Assembly: GCA_903813345.2 (NCBI GenBank)
Contig: CAIIXF020000001.1
Location: 11,780,001 to 11,844,000 of the forward strand
DNA from: Owenia fusiformis
Taxonomy: Eukaryota
Length of the DNA stretch: 64,000 nt
Direction: 5' to 3'
In this document: one piece after another, positions 23,828 to 38,400 of the stretch
Layout of the letters: the number at the start of each line of letters is the position of its first letter
Position numbering within the stretch: position 1 is the first letter of the stretch
Notes under the pieces: generated by a model
Told to the model about the DNA's origin: nothing
The model's database searches: none
The model's input: only the letters and a program-made list of their open reading frames with translations
Position numbers and translations under genes: made by a program

Positions 23828-26179
23828 CCTTCCTCAATTCCTAAAAGTATAAAAATTACATCATATTACTGGCGGTTACTAATGTTTTAAATGGCGGTAT
23901 TTGTTCATCCATTAAAAAACTATACTTAAAATACCCCGATGATATACTACACTTGAGACAAGGATGGTGTTGACCTTTTATTACCCCAATGTGTCTCAAT
24001 CAATAATAGTTATATGTTATTTGAATAATTTTTACATATGTTGATCATAAAATTGTCTTTCAAGGCATATTTCAAACATGGTTTTGCAGCATGACAAAAA
24101 ATATTTTGTGGATTTCATAGGTGATAATTGAGATGCCATGGGGACTCCCAGGTTTTCAATTTGAAAAGGCAATAAGTACTCTTCTATTAGACGTAATTAG
24201 CGACAAGATGAATAAGACAATTTTATAATAAAGTATTCACCATGTGTTATTAACAAGCATCATCGTTTACTAAAACGTGAGAATACACACCTGGATAGTT
24301 CTAAGCCAAAGAACGAGCTTTTCGAGCTTTAACATTTACAGAAAATAAGTTTGTATAAGTCCATCTATTGTGCAAATGACATAGTTTATGGTTTGAAATT
24401 AACATCGTTTTGCGATGCTACTATGACTTCAATCTGGTATGTAGGTAAGGTTAGGATTACAGTATACTGGCCCAGTCTTAACACACGAGTCCAGGGTCAT
24501 TTTACCTTTCGGGGGAGTCTTCCTATACAAATACGAACCAATAGACTAGTATCCAACACCTCTTCTTCCTCTGTGAAGGAGAATGGATGGAGAGATGCGT
24601 ATATGGACTTAATACACGACTATTTAAATTGTATTTGAACAAGATACATCATAGATTTGAATAACTTTTGTATTGAAAATAACACGTCTGTTTTGACTCA
24701 CCCCTCGGTTGAAAAGGCCTAGCGCAGGGCCTCGAACTAATTCATAAGTATAATATTCCTTGGCACTCAATTAGAACATGTATCGTCTACTTCTGCATAA
24801 GTGTCATTCGTTGATTTCTCAACTTCCTGGAGACCACGAACAATAATACGAATATGGCAATAGACCTAAATACAGGATTTATTGTGTTTGTACAGTACGT
24901 AAATTTATTTTAAGTGAACAATCAATGTCAACAGGTAACGATAAAAGGTTTAGTTCAATCACCCTTTGGCTCGATGAATTATATAAATAAGTTACAAAAT
25001 GGTTTATGAAAAGGAAATGGTAGCAAGAGTTTTGCAATGAAACAAACGATGAAATAAATTGCCAAAATTTTTCTCTACAAAAATAAATTGTAAAGAAAGG
25101 AAAATAGGTAATTTCAATTTTAAAATAATCAGTTTATAATTGGTTACGATGGAGATTACAATCATACTGAATTTCATGAGCATTGTGTCATTTGTTATAT
25201 ATAGAAATATATTCAAGAATCGAATAATGGTAATAAACGTAATTTTGAAAGCACTATTAAAACTTTAAATTTTGAAATCTGTATTTGTAAAAATGTATTT
25301 TTAAAATCTTATGGAACATGATTAAAACATAATTCATTTAAATCATTTATTTATTATTGTATTTCTGTATTGTAACAACATAAATTGAAATGTTTTTCTT
25401 TTTTCAAATAAATATCAACGATGCGTCGGAAAAAGAACTACATACTGTACCTATATTTGAAAAAAATAAAAACAAAGGAGGTTCGTTCCTGAGTTTGTTC
25501 ATTGTAAAATCAAAGACGTGGCATGGATAGTTATCATTGATTAATGTGTTTTTTTACATTCAACATTCCACCAACCATTATGATTACAAGACATTAAAAA
25601 AAGGATTGGAATCAATATGGCGAACTGAATTCAACAATATTTTTCTCTTAAACCAATTATTAAAAACACTCTGTAAAAACATAGTCCTTTAACGATTTAG
25701 TCACTGATTGACAACAATTTAATGCAAAAACATATTTTTTATAAGTGTTTTTGTTAACATTTTTTGATTTTTAATGCAATTGTTTTTTGTTCCTTTCTAT
25801 CAATTCTTGAGAATGAAGTAAAATATCTTTCCGAATCTTGTTGGTTGGAACAAAATAGCATATACAACATTTTCTTAGACCTCTCAATATTATAATTATA
25901 CAAAGGAAGATTTGGTTGATTTAACAAACAAAAACCCCAAAATAGATAAAAATTAAAGTAAACCTTTTATTTCATAAACAAGATACTTTTTTTTAAATCA
26001 ACCAAACTTTCCTTTGTACAATTACAATATTAAGAGACCTAAACACGTTGTGTATACTAGTATGTCAGTTTGTTCCAATGAGGTTCGGATAGTTGTTTCG
26101 TTCCATTCCAAACATATGATACCAAGGGCAAAAGAACTGTCTGGTGTGTTTTCTAAAACGATATAGAGATAAGTATATA

Positions 26180-27113
26180 CAGGGTGGTCCAAAAAATGGG
26201 ACACTCGTATTTCAAAAATAACGTCATTTTCATTTCAAAACGGGTTTTCCAAAACTTACAAAAACAAGTTTTGTTGTCAACTCCATTTACATAAACAAAC
26301 GTTCAATATGTCCATCATTTTGAGCAATTGTACCCCTCAATTTTGGTCTAAGCTGGCCAATAGCATCATTGATATGCTGTTAAGACAATGAATTTCACTT
26401 CTCATTAATTCAATTCTGTCCTCAAGAGAATGAATAGATGTAAAGGATTCATGGTACACGAGATCTGTAAGTTCTCCCTATACGTGGTAGTCGCAGACGT
26501 TGGGTGATCGTGTGATCTGGTCTGGGGGAGGCAGCAATTAGGGGATGAATCTAGGCACATTTTCCTTTAAACATTTGACACTCTTGTGAGATCTATTGCT
26601 TGGAGCCCCATCTTGTTGGAAAATGTAATGATTCGAGAATGAGTTCATATCAGGATGGTCTAAAAACAACATAATTGGATAATCCGATGTCAACATCTGC
26701 AACTACCACGTATTGAGAGAACCTACAGAATTGGTTTACCATGAACCCCTTACATCTACTCAGTCCCTTATTAAAGATAGACTTGTTTAGAAGTGGAATT
26801 CATTGTCTCAACAGCATAGCAATGATGTTTTTGACCAGTTTAGGCCAAAATTGAGGGCTATAATTGATCAAAATGGTGGACATATTGAACGTCTGTTCGG
26901 GTATATAAAGTTGACAAAAAACTTGTTTTTTGAAAATTTCATTTATATAACGGACGCTGGTTGACAGACATTATAATAAATTTGAACTTATGATATACCA
27001 AATTATAGATAAGTGAAATCTCTATCCACTGGTTTATAATATGACATGTTTTCATCAAGAAAATCAATATTTATTTTTGAAATACGAGTTTTCCATTTTT
27101 TTGAACCAGCCTA
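26180..27113. mobile_element. Internally rearranged Tc1/mariner non-autonomous element
   Basis: TA|CAGGGTGGTCCAAAAAATGGGACACTCGTATTTCAAAAATA TIR with a matching right end; transposase remnants FQQDGAP (minus strand, about 26600-26625) and NGGHIERL (plus strand, about 26872). Confidence 0.85.
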
Positions 27114-28601
27114 TATATTTTCAAATTAAACGGTTACCATTTAAGGATGATCACTAGATTGATGATGTGTAAAATTTTCAGAATTTTTGGGCTGGTTTAA
27201 GAGAAACATGTGTTCAATTCTGTTCGCCATATCCATACCAATCCTTTGCTGATTTTTATACCATGTAGTGTACCTGGGGACAAATGGGGGACACTCTCAG
27301 GATATCACTGACAATGATGAAGTCATAAGGCTGCAGGCATTTATAAGAAAATCAAGTCTGAGTTCCCTGAGGAAAAATCTTTTCTTCATGTTCCTGGACC
27401 TATATGGAAGAAGTGGCTCTTAAGACAAACCACATCAGTTTATTTGGACTCAGTTGACTGCAAGAAGTATCTAAGGTATCTAAACACAGTTGCTACATAC
27501 TGTAATGAGTATATTGCTTCTTCTTATCTGTGCATTTTCCACAAATTATGTTTTTTTAGTGACGTCACAATAGCTACAACAAACGATTAACATGTCTATA
27601 TTGCAGTCTGGAGGCGCTTCTTCTTTTAACAATGAACATATGATACTACACTGCTGTACTTTACTGTACTGATGTGCAGTGATGTGTACTGCACATCCTT
27701 GCAAAATTTCTAAAAACCAATTATAATATGAATTATTGATTAATAAATAATAATCATAATTGGATTAGAATATTAAGCACTTGGATTACATTAGGCACTT
27801 GGATTTATATCATTAAAGTTAGATAAGCATATGGTATATCCAACTAAAAATATTGTGATATATAATGAAGATATACACTAAGCACTTGGATTTATATCAT
27901 TGAAGTTAGATAAGCATATATGGATGTATGGTATATCAAATTAAAAATATTGTGATATACAAATACATCCTATTGTACATGGCATTTTCTGGTTACTTCA
28001 TTTCAAGATCAAAATCTCTTTTCACAAAAATCTAGTTTGCTAATAAAAAAATAAATGAGATCGTTAATGTGTTTGAGAATCAAGGATAAACAGTATATAA
28101 GGAATGGAAGATTTTGACAGGCTTCACTATTTCCTCGTAAATGAGCCATTAATTTTTCCACTCTTCAAAATACATTTCATCCCTTTCAGACCATTTTAGA
28201 AAGTTCAACACTTTAAATAATAATTTAAAATACTGCACTTTTAAATCTATCAAAATCCTGTTTTATAAAAAAAATCACCATATCCTTGCCATTTAAGATG
28301 CTTTCTTAGGTATGATAGTAATTAGCCACCGAATTAGCAATACCCAAAGTTTATTTCATATATTACAAAGAATCATTAGAATTGAAATGACATCTGCATG
28401 ATAAGAAATATTTGAAAAGTAGATATCAAAATATTTCAATTAAATGTTCAAATGACATTTTTCAACTTTTTTGTGAAAGTATGAAACTAAAAAAAATAAT
28501 ACAGATGACTGGTTCAAAAATTCTCAATGGTTGCCTTTTGAAGGGCATTATACAAGATTTATATGCATAATGTTAATGAAACAGGTCAATTTAAGGGTAT
28601 T

Positions 28602-29413
28602 CTAGGCATCCATTATAGACCCATAACTTTGGTGAGAAGGTTTAACAAGAACATATCTAGGACCAGCCAAGTATGCTCTACGGTTGTGCATGCACATCAA
28701 TGTAACAATCGTAAAGAGTATGATCACAATGACTACCAGTGCAATAATTACAATCACCATGTAACCAGGCACATGTTTTTGGTGGTGATGGTGATGGTGT
28801 GGATGAGGTGTGCTGCTATCAAGAGTTGACTGTCCAGTGGAAGCCTCTTCCGGAATATTTACTGCCATTAGGACTTGTCCAAAGGAATGTATATTGTTGG
28901 AGTGAAAAACGGGTAATTTTTCCAATTCCATTGAGTGGTTCAATTTGTTCCTCGAGGTGTCCACCGATCGTTCTTCTGAGGAGAGACTTGATTCAAAATA
29001 CTTGTTATATTCATCATAATCAAGGTGACTAATTGAGCAAATATGAGTAGCTTTGCATGCATTTCGCACACATGGTATACCAGTATCATATGACACTGCA
29101 TTGTATTTATAGTACTTAGAAAAACGCTCACTTTTCCTCTTTTTAAAGCTCTGCAGCAATAAATCTAGAGATTTAGGTGATAAATCAGGAATGTTATAAG
29201 CCTTTGTGGCCTGATATTCCAGGAGCCACTCAGCCGATTTTTTTTCATTGGCTTTGGCGAGGTCCAAGTAATACTGGTGGATGTCAAGGATCTCGCCAGT
29301 GTCCCTGTTATACGTGTAGAGCCTCACGGATGGATTGTTTGGAACAGCCGTTGGAGCATAAGCGCGAAATGAAGTCACTGAAGGACCCAGAAATAGTGAA
29401 CCCTTTGGAATAC
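28602..29413 (-). CDS. SMPDL3: SMPDL3 exon 6 (C-terminal domain, stalk, TM helix, cytosolic tail)
   Basis: GIPKGSLFLGPSVT...NNPSVRLY...CSI...HHHHHH...VIVIIALVVIVIILFTIVTLM...stop at 28604-28602. Confidence 0.93.
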
Positions 29414-32400
29414 CTGAAAGACAAACAAACAACTTTTTCATTTCAAGTCTGACAGAAATATGGTGGCATTGACTTTAAGTGTTTATTGCTAGCTGACAAA
29501 TCTATTTGGTAACATGTGTAAGTTTTAAACAATGTAAAGTGATGTTGAGAGACTAGTGAGGGTGTAAATATAAGCTGCAATAGTAAGTTCTAGCCAAAAT
29601 GGTAATGCATGTAGATCAATCCACACAAAGTCCTATGAAGGACAAAATATGACAGAATGACAGAAATATGGTGGCATTGACTTTTAAGTGTTTATTGCTA
29701 GCTGACAAATCTATTTGGTAACATGTGTAAGTTTTAAACAATGTAAAAAGGATGTTGAGAGACTAGTGAGGGTGTAAATATAAGCTGCAATAGTAAGTTC
29801 TAGCCAAAATGGTAATGCATGTAGATCAATCCACACAAAGTCCTATGAAGGACAAAATATGACAGAATGACAGAAATATGGTGGCATTGACTTTTAAGTG
29901 TTTATTGCTAGCTGACAAATCTATTTGGTAACATGTGTAAGTTTTAAACAATGTAAAGTGATGTTGAGAGACTAGTGAGGGTGTAAATATAAGCTGCAAT
30001 AGTAAGTTCTAGCCAAAATGGTAATGCATGTAGATCAATCCACACAAAGTCCTATGAAGGACAAAATATGACAGAATGACAGAAATATGGTGGCATTGAC
30101 TTTTAAGTGTTTATTGCTAGCTGACAAATCTATTTGGTAACATGTGTAAGTTTTAAACAATGTAAAAAGGATGTTGAGAGACTAGTGAGGGTGTAAATAT
30201 AAGCTGCAATAGTAAGTTCTAGCCAAAATGGTAATGCATGTAGATCAATCCACACAAAGTCCTATGAAGGACAAAATATTTACTCTAGGGGAAGATTCGA
30301 AGACAAATGCACTTTCACTATTTAAAGGCCTCATGCAATTAGTTTGAAAATATTTTTTATCATTCAAATACATCTTTATTTTTCATGAATTCATTCTGGA
30401 CATTTTTGAAATATCGAATTTCCACCATTTCACAAGTGGGGTAATATATTCAGAAATGTACTAGAAACTATAAGTGCTGCTGACCATCATCTCCAAAGTA
30501 TAATCTGAATGAGTCCAAGTGGATATGCCCAAACACCTGTGTGACAATAACATCAAGGTAGTCAGTCACTAAGTTGAGAAACTTTTTGTTGAAGTCAGGA
30601 TAGTAGAAGGCCAAGTCTCTTACTCTCTCCATTGTTCCAGGGGGCACATGACCTATTATCATCACCTGAATAATAAAAGTACATGCATGTAAGATTTTCT
30701 ATCAATGAACCTCAAATAAATAATGAACAAGGCATTAACATGCAAAATGTCACCACCTCCTATTTGTTACAGATGCTGACTGTCGAACGCCAAACACTGA
30801 CCTTTGAATAGCCTTGTCCAAGTTGGAATTTTTTGCTTATCTGTTCTTGAATTATTACAGAAATCGAGATAAGTAAAAGAGACCGACTTGGGCAAGGCTA
30901 ACCTCTGAACACCATCCACAAAACATTTGGAGACTACAGCAATATCTCACCACTTGTGGTGGTAAAACTAATTAAACTTATTAAAAAATGCATCATGGTG
31001 ACCCCAACCCTTGATTATGAGTGCATTCATAATATTGAGTGACTTATAATGCTTTCCAATGATCAATGAGACTTTTAACATTTTCAACATGTTATTTTCT
31101 TACATTTTAATTGAAATAAGCTGTTTAAATGGCTCAGTTTTCTTAATAAACATACCTTCTCACCACTGGATTTAGCTTTTTCTAATGTTTCAGCAAGCCA
31201 CTTGAATTGCCCAACTGGATCATCTATTCCTTCAGACAGTTCGTCTTGATTGTAATAGAGGGCAGTGTTTAAGCCAACAAGTCGAAGAGCTGGGTTGATA
31301 AGACGGCTATAATAACCACCTGAAATAAATAGATAAATAAAACTTTAAAGCCCTCCTCGCATATGAACGAATCCATGAAACGCAGTCTTGTGAATTGGAT
31401 AAATTGTCAATTCTTGTGATTGGGAATGTAAACGTGTGACCCCGAAGCGCATCTTTGCGCATGCTTCTGAAGCCACCTGAAGCTTCCGAAAGGATACTTT
31501 TACTCAAGTCCTATTTGCCAGCACACGCAAATTGACGTTTGGGGGCTTTCATTCATATTTGAGGATTACCACACAGTCACCGAATTCTGGCTATGCCAGT
31601 ACATTGAGTTACATAAAGGCAAATGAATATAAGTAAGTCAAGCTAGTAATCTATCTTTATCTATAATACAACTGTTTTCCAAAGGAAATATGAAGGAATA
31701 AAAATTGTATTGAATCATATTACATGAAAAATCGTATTTTCCCCCGGGAAAAAAATCATATTGGACAGTATTACATGAAAAAATCCTATTGTCCCCGGGA
31801 AAAATCATATTTGAGCGTATTAACCTATTTTTGGTGTCCCGGTTATATATTTTTTTTTTTTTCAAACAATGTGCATTTATTAATATAATGTTTGCATTAT
31901 CCAAATGTAACATTTAAGAGGGATGTTTTATGGAATAAAAAGATTATTTCTGGTCGGGATTAAATTAATATGGGTTTCATTCCTCTGAAAATATGATATT
32001 GACCTTGGCCAATATCATATTGACACTGGGTTGCTGCGCTTCCTCGGTCAATATCATATTACCCTACGGTCAATATCATATTGTCCCTCGGAATAAAACC
32101 CATATTCAATCCCTCCCAGTAAATAACCTATATATCACCATGTAATATTGTGCAGATATTCCCGGTAACACAAATTTTATTTATCTTTTTTTGCCAAATG
32201 TAAGACTTTGCAGGAGATTAAGTTTTGGTGTACTTATATGAACAGAGATATAGGATTTCAATCAAAAAACAAAATGAAACTAGGCTAATCACGTCTGCCT
32301 GTCACTGAAGTAATATTAAAGTCCCCGTCTAAAGTTTAAAAAATATGTTTTGATAAAAAAGTTGTGAGCACTTTATTTCTCAAATTATCTTTCCCGCCAT

Positions 32401-35400
32401 TTTTCAAAAAAAGTTGAATTTTTTAATCATCAAATATTTCTTAATGCATTTCAAAAAAGATTATCTTTTTAACACCAATGCAAAGATTGAACAAAGGACA
32501 CACTATTTCAATAATAAAATGCCATATTTAATGGGCCACTTCAATGTTTTAGCATATCAAAAATATTTTGAAACATTAGTGATGTCACTAAGGTAGCAAA
32601 AACTTTTTGAAAAAAATTGAAATTTTTTTTATGTCAATCTTTTCTAAAAATGCTAGACTTCAATAATAAACCAATGTTGATTGTCTAACCAGGTTAAAAG
32701 GAAGAATATATTATCACGCCCGGTGATCGTGAATATGGGACGGAGGGGGGGAGAAGGCAATTTCTGCTAGAAAATTCAACAAATCTGGTAAAATTATTTT
32801 TTCAAGACAGAGTTTACGATTGAATTGCAAATTGAATAAGCGCACGGTATGATAAAATATGTTAGGTATTCTAGGATTATTTTTCAACCGATACTCTTTT
32901 AAGATATAAGATCTAATAAAAAAGGCGCAACGCAACCAACGTGCAAAAGTCAAAGTTTTTGCTATAAATCAAGCAACAATGGACTACACGACCTGTAATA
33001 AATACTTGTAAGTGATGTTATCATAACTAAATTAATGTCATTGCTGAATTTATAAGATAAGTTTCCATACGTAAAATAAAAAATAATCGAAAATAATTAA
33101 AATGGGACGGAGGGGGGAGGGGACGGAGGGGGGAGGGGACGGAGGGGGGGAGTAATAATTCTATAAAGTGAAACAACTTCACACGAATTCTTGTATTTGA
33201 AAAATGAACTCATTAACTTAGTAAGAAACTGGATGATATACCCCTGGAGACTGAAAAATGGGGACATTTGGAGTAAAAGGACTTAAAGTCGCGAAACATC
33301 TCTAATCATGTCTTATATACATATTGCTCCCCCCCTCCGTCCCCTCCCCCCCTCCGTCCCAAATTCATTATTTTCGATTATTTTTTATTTCACATATGGA
33401 AACTTATTTTATCAATTCAGCAATGACATTAATTTAGTTATGATAACATCACTTACAAGTATTTATTACAGGTCGTCCAGACCATTGTTGCTTGATTTAT
33501 AGCAAAAACGTTGATTTGTGCCTGTTGATGGCCTTGCGCCTTTTTTAATAGATCTCATACCTTAGATGCGTATCGTTTCAGAAAAAATCCCAGAAAACCT
33601 AACATATTCTACCATACCGTGCGCCTATCCATTTAGCAATTCAATAGTAAACTTTTTCTTGAAAAAAGAAATCTTCCAGATTTGTTGAATTTCCTAGCAG
33701 AAATTGCCTGCTCCCCCCCTCCGTCCCATATTCACGATCACCGGGCGTGATTATGTTTTAGATATCATTGTACCATTGGTTTCTATGAGAACTAAAATTT
33801 TGAAATGCATTTTTCTCCGAACCATTTTCATGCACTGATAAGTTCATTTCTCGGCAAAACACATGCAAGGATGAATGCTATGCATTGGTATGAATTGTGG
33901 CTAATTAAAAGATATGTGTGACCTTCAAAAGTTAGTTTTAAATAAATTCACAAATTTTGGAACAAAAAGTCTATCAAAAACCACTTTTTGAAATTTAAAA
34001 AAAAATGTTTTCACATATCACACTTTGATAACATTGGGTAAGACTACAATATAAGTTAAAGTGATTTAAACTTTATATGGGGACTTTAATGGCTGGCTAT
34101 ATTTTCTGAGATTTTATTTTGCCTTATATGTTGACTAGAAGACTGTTAAAGCACACTCTATAGAATTCCCACTTCAGGGCAAACTTAAATACATAATTGA
34201 CAATGATGAATCTTACAGGAAGGCCTTAATTATTTTCTTATGTAACTCTTTTGCGTAACAATGACCATGTGTTTTGTTTGTGTAACCCGATGCAACCCCA
34301 AAGAAATTTGTACTTTGGTAAGTGATATTGGGGAAAACAATTCCTTCAATTCAAGGGGATCTTCTGGGAATTCTTCAATCACTGTCAATATTGTCTAGTT
34401 AGATTCTTGCAAGATCCTTGCTTCATTTCAGCAATCTTTACTGTCATCTTTCCAATAACAATTAATAATTATTACAAAAGTAGCCTGTTATTTCATTTTG
34501 TTGAAAATAAGGCATTCTTGGCAACAAAATTTGCCACACATGAAATTCAAAAGGAACTTTTGACTTCTTCCATATATGGGCAGTTATTAAAATGATAAAA
34601 AGGAGGTATATTGAATTTTCTAACAACCCTGGGTGCCATCCTGAGATATCACAGCCTTCTCTCAGTTTCCTTTCTAGAAATTCTTGTGCATTGCAGAGAT
34701 GGTCTGAGTATCAGAATGCCTGGGTGCTAATTAAACAGGATACGGTATGAAGCAAATCCATCAAGTAGATGAATATTTGAGTTATTTTGTGAATGGATGG
34801 ATGGACTGACTGACTAAAGGAGAGAGAGCTTCACTCTATCTTTGACAAAATGTTTGAAATAACTAGACAACAACCACGCCAAAGAGTAGAAAATCCCATC
34901 GAACAGCCATGGCTGGCATTTTTACAAAGTTTATAGCAAAAAAATGGCAGCCATTTTTCAAAATGGGCACTTCCTACAAAAAGTGTCATTAGACAAGGTG
35001 CCATGCTTATAGTATTCACATACCAAATAAGAAGAAAATCGCTTCACTGCTTTTTGAATAATAGCAAAATACGTTAATACGTTAAAATGGTGGCCATTTT
35101 TCAAAATGGCCGCCTTCTACCAAAAGTGTCATTAGACAGTGAGCCATGCTTATAGTATTTACATACCAAATATGAACAAAATCGCTCTCCTACTTTTCGA
35201 GTTATACTAGTAAAATATGTCAAAATGGCCGCCATTTTCTACCAAAAGTGCCCTAAGACAGTGTGCCATGCTTGTAGTATTCACATACCAAATATGTACA
35301 AAATCACTCAACTACTTTTCGAGTTACAGCAAAAATCGTAAAATAACGAGTAAAGGCCGCCTACAGTTATTACAGTTTTACATATTGCACTTAAATTACT

Positions 35401-38400
35401 GTAATATTGGCACTTAAATGGCCGCCATTTTAAATGAGCTTGTTTGACGGGATAATTACAACCACTGTAGGCTATACTAAGTGAAAAATAATCATTCCAT
35501 GATTGATACTTAACACTTCATACATGTCAAACTTCATTTCACACTTTATAGAATTTAAACACACTAAACTACTTAATTGACAGTGAGTCAAGACTGTTCC
35601 AAAGAAAAAATCTTACAGGGAGGCCTCAATTATTTTATTATCAATTGTTTTTATTTTATGACTAAGATTTTTTTATTTCACCTAGGATTTTTTTCAATCT
35701 AGGTTTCACCCGACACAACCCCAAAGAAATTTGTGTGCTTAGGGTAGTGAAATCACACTTGACGTCGACAGCAACTAAATCATCAATGTAAATTTTCCCA
35801 GTAAGTAAAGACGCAATTTTCTTACAGATTGATCACAAAACAAATTTTTGTGCATGCGTATAAATGCATTTGTGCACTGCTCCCGACCTTTGAACTTAGT
35901 ATACATCGATGACGAAAGTGACATTGCCTTTTCAACATGACAGTCCTTTTTTAATTTTAATGAATTTGGACATTTATGGATCTTAAATCTTCAATAATTT
36001 AAGTTTTGATCAGATTCCCTTTTTTTTCAGAAATAATACAATAAAAATTGTAAGGAAAACATTGGCATGATTTTAAATATTGCTTCCAACACTTTAAACT
36101 CCTTAACTCCTTAATTCATCACGCTTACAAACCTGATTTAAAATCTTTAACCACATCTGTATCATTGAAGGTCTTGCCCCATCCAGACTGCCTTAGGATT
36201 TTGGCATAGAACGGATCCTTCTTCTTCACAGGGAGTTGTCCATATGGAACGCTATCATGATTGCCAAGAACTGGGAAGATATCAGCATTCGGGAAATTGT
36301 ATTGTATAAGATCAGTTATGTTACGAATCATCTTGTTTATCTCAAGTGATGATATTGAACCAACATGGCCAATGTTGTCCCTGAAAACAGATCAATTCAA
36401 ACTATCACATTGTGACTGGAATATGGTGACTATCTTTTATTACTTGTAACTTGTGACCTAAAGATTTGCTCTGTATTACCCTTTTTCAAGTTGCATGTAT
36501 TAACCTTAGTGGGGGGAATAATATAAAGTTATTAGTGAAAGTTATTGATAACTATGTCAAGGATGAATAATGTTACATGTTACATGGAGATGTCTAATCA
36601 GAGTGTAGAACTTAACATATGAGAATGTTGTTGACTTCCAGAAAGAAACCACATAAGACCAATGCATTGAGGAAATCAATCTAAATTTACAATGGAACAA
36701 TAAAATAAAACATATAGCAGAGCGACCAGATATATATAGTACAAGAACATTCTGAATTTTTAAGGATTGTCACAAATGATACATCAGCTTTTGGACTAGA
36801 ACAATTTGGATTAACACTGGATTTTAAAATTTCTTGTTTCCCACACTAGAGACAGCTACCGTGTGACACAAAAAATGACACCCACCCACCTAATGTTTCA
36901 TAAGTTTTTTGTCTGAGGAAATTCTGAATTGTTCTTTCACACATTAAAACTACAATCCATTTGGCAACACATCAAGAACTTTCAGATGACTAGTTCACCT
37001 AGATGCACATTTATGAGCGTTACAAAAGGTGTCATTCTATTCCTTTGCTGACACAACTGGATCTTACACAAAAAATGACACCAACCTTTTTGTAACATAA
37101 TTTTGGAAATAAGTTATAATGATTTTATCAATGACAACTACATCATTTTGTGTTAAATTGAATGGACTTCAATTCCCTGAAAGTACAAACTAAAATCAAT
37201 AGTATTTACAAAGTTATGTTACAAAAGCTGGGTGGCATTTTTTGTGTAGAATCCATGTGTGTCTGCAAAGGAATGGATGATATTTAGAGCAAATGTTGTT
37301 ACGCTCATAAATTTGATCCACTTGACCTACACACCTGAAATTTCTTGAGGTGCTTTCGCATTATGTCTACCTCAAGTGTGCCAAAGGACAAGTCTATATG
37401 TTAATTCACGAACAAGTTATGCAACATATTCGAACACAGTATTTTTACATGACAGCAGTGCATGAAATAATCAATAACGCATTTGTTGTGTTTGGTTGTT
37501 AACATGATGAGATTGAAATTGATGCTTTGCCAATACTTGATCCTTGCAAAACGATTCATTGAAAATATGTTCTTTTGGTGATTTTGTATCTTTTTAAGTG
37601 ATTTTGTAGAAAATATTTTATAATTTGTGAAAAGAATCTAAGCCCGAGAGCCTTGTTTCCTAAACTTTGCATTCCCGCTGTGCAGTCATGCAAAGATTTG
37701 GAATCAACACTTAGTCCAGGGCTTAAATCCTTAAATAAGCATGGACTGTAAGTTAGCTGTTTTCAATATCTTCCAATGTATGTCAAATTAAGAACAATTT
37801 CTTGAATTTAACCCTTACAGCCTTAAAAGACCAAATATGTCTTTCAGAAAAAAAATAAAAATAAAATCAAAATTTTGACTTTGATTATCGTTTTTAGAAG
37901 TGTTTGGAAGAATTTTATGCTTATTCTTAGGTAAGCATTCAAAATTAGGAGAGATCCTAACCACAAGAGAAATTTCATTGAAGCAAGAAATACATTCAAA
38001 GAGATGGCTGAAAAAGCCCAATTAGATTACTGGAACAACCTGTTCAAAGACCTTAACACCCAGGATACTAATGATATATGGAAGGTTGTAAAAAAACACT
38101 CTACATACAATCAAGACAAAAGTATAGTGCAACCCATAATAAAAAATGACAAATCCATTGCTTTCTCTGATGAAGATATTACACAGGAAATGCTAAAACA
38201 ATATGGTAAAGAATGCCTTGAAATCCAAAACAAACTACCTAATTGGTACAATGAAGTACAAGATACTGTACACAAATTCATAGAAAAAGAAAAAGCCAGA
38301 ATTCAAAATGATAAATATGATTGCAATCAAGGAGACCTCAACATCCATGAGGTAAAAAAAGCTATATAAGAGGCTAAAAGTCTATCTGCCCCAAGCCCAA

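Noticed and set aside
27260-27480. Coding-looking plus-strand segment (…KIKSEFPEEKSFLHVPGPIWKKWLL…)
   Set aside because: Needs a frameshift, has no partner exons and no recognisable family; at most a pseudogenic fragment.
29450-30280. Regular repeats as a CRISPR array
   Set aside because: Units are about 209 bp with no unique spacers, there are no cas genes, and the context is a eukaryotic intron.
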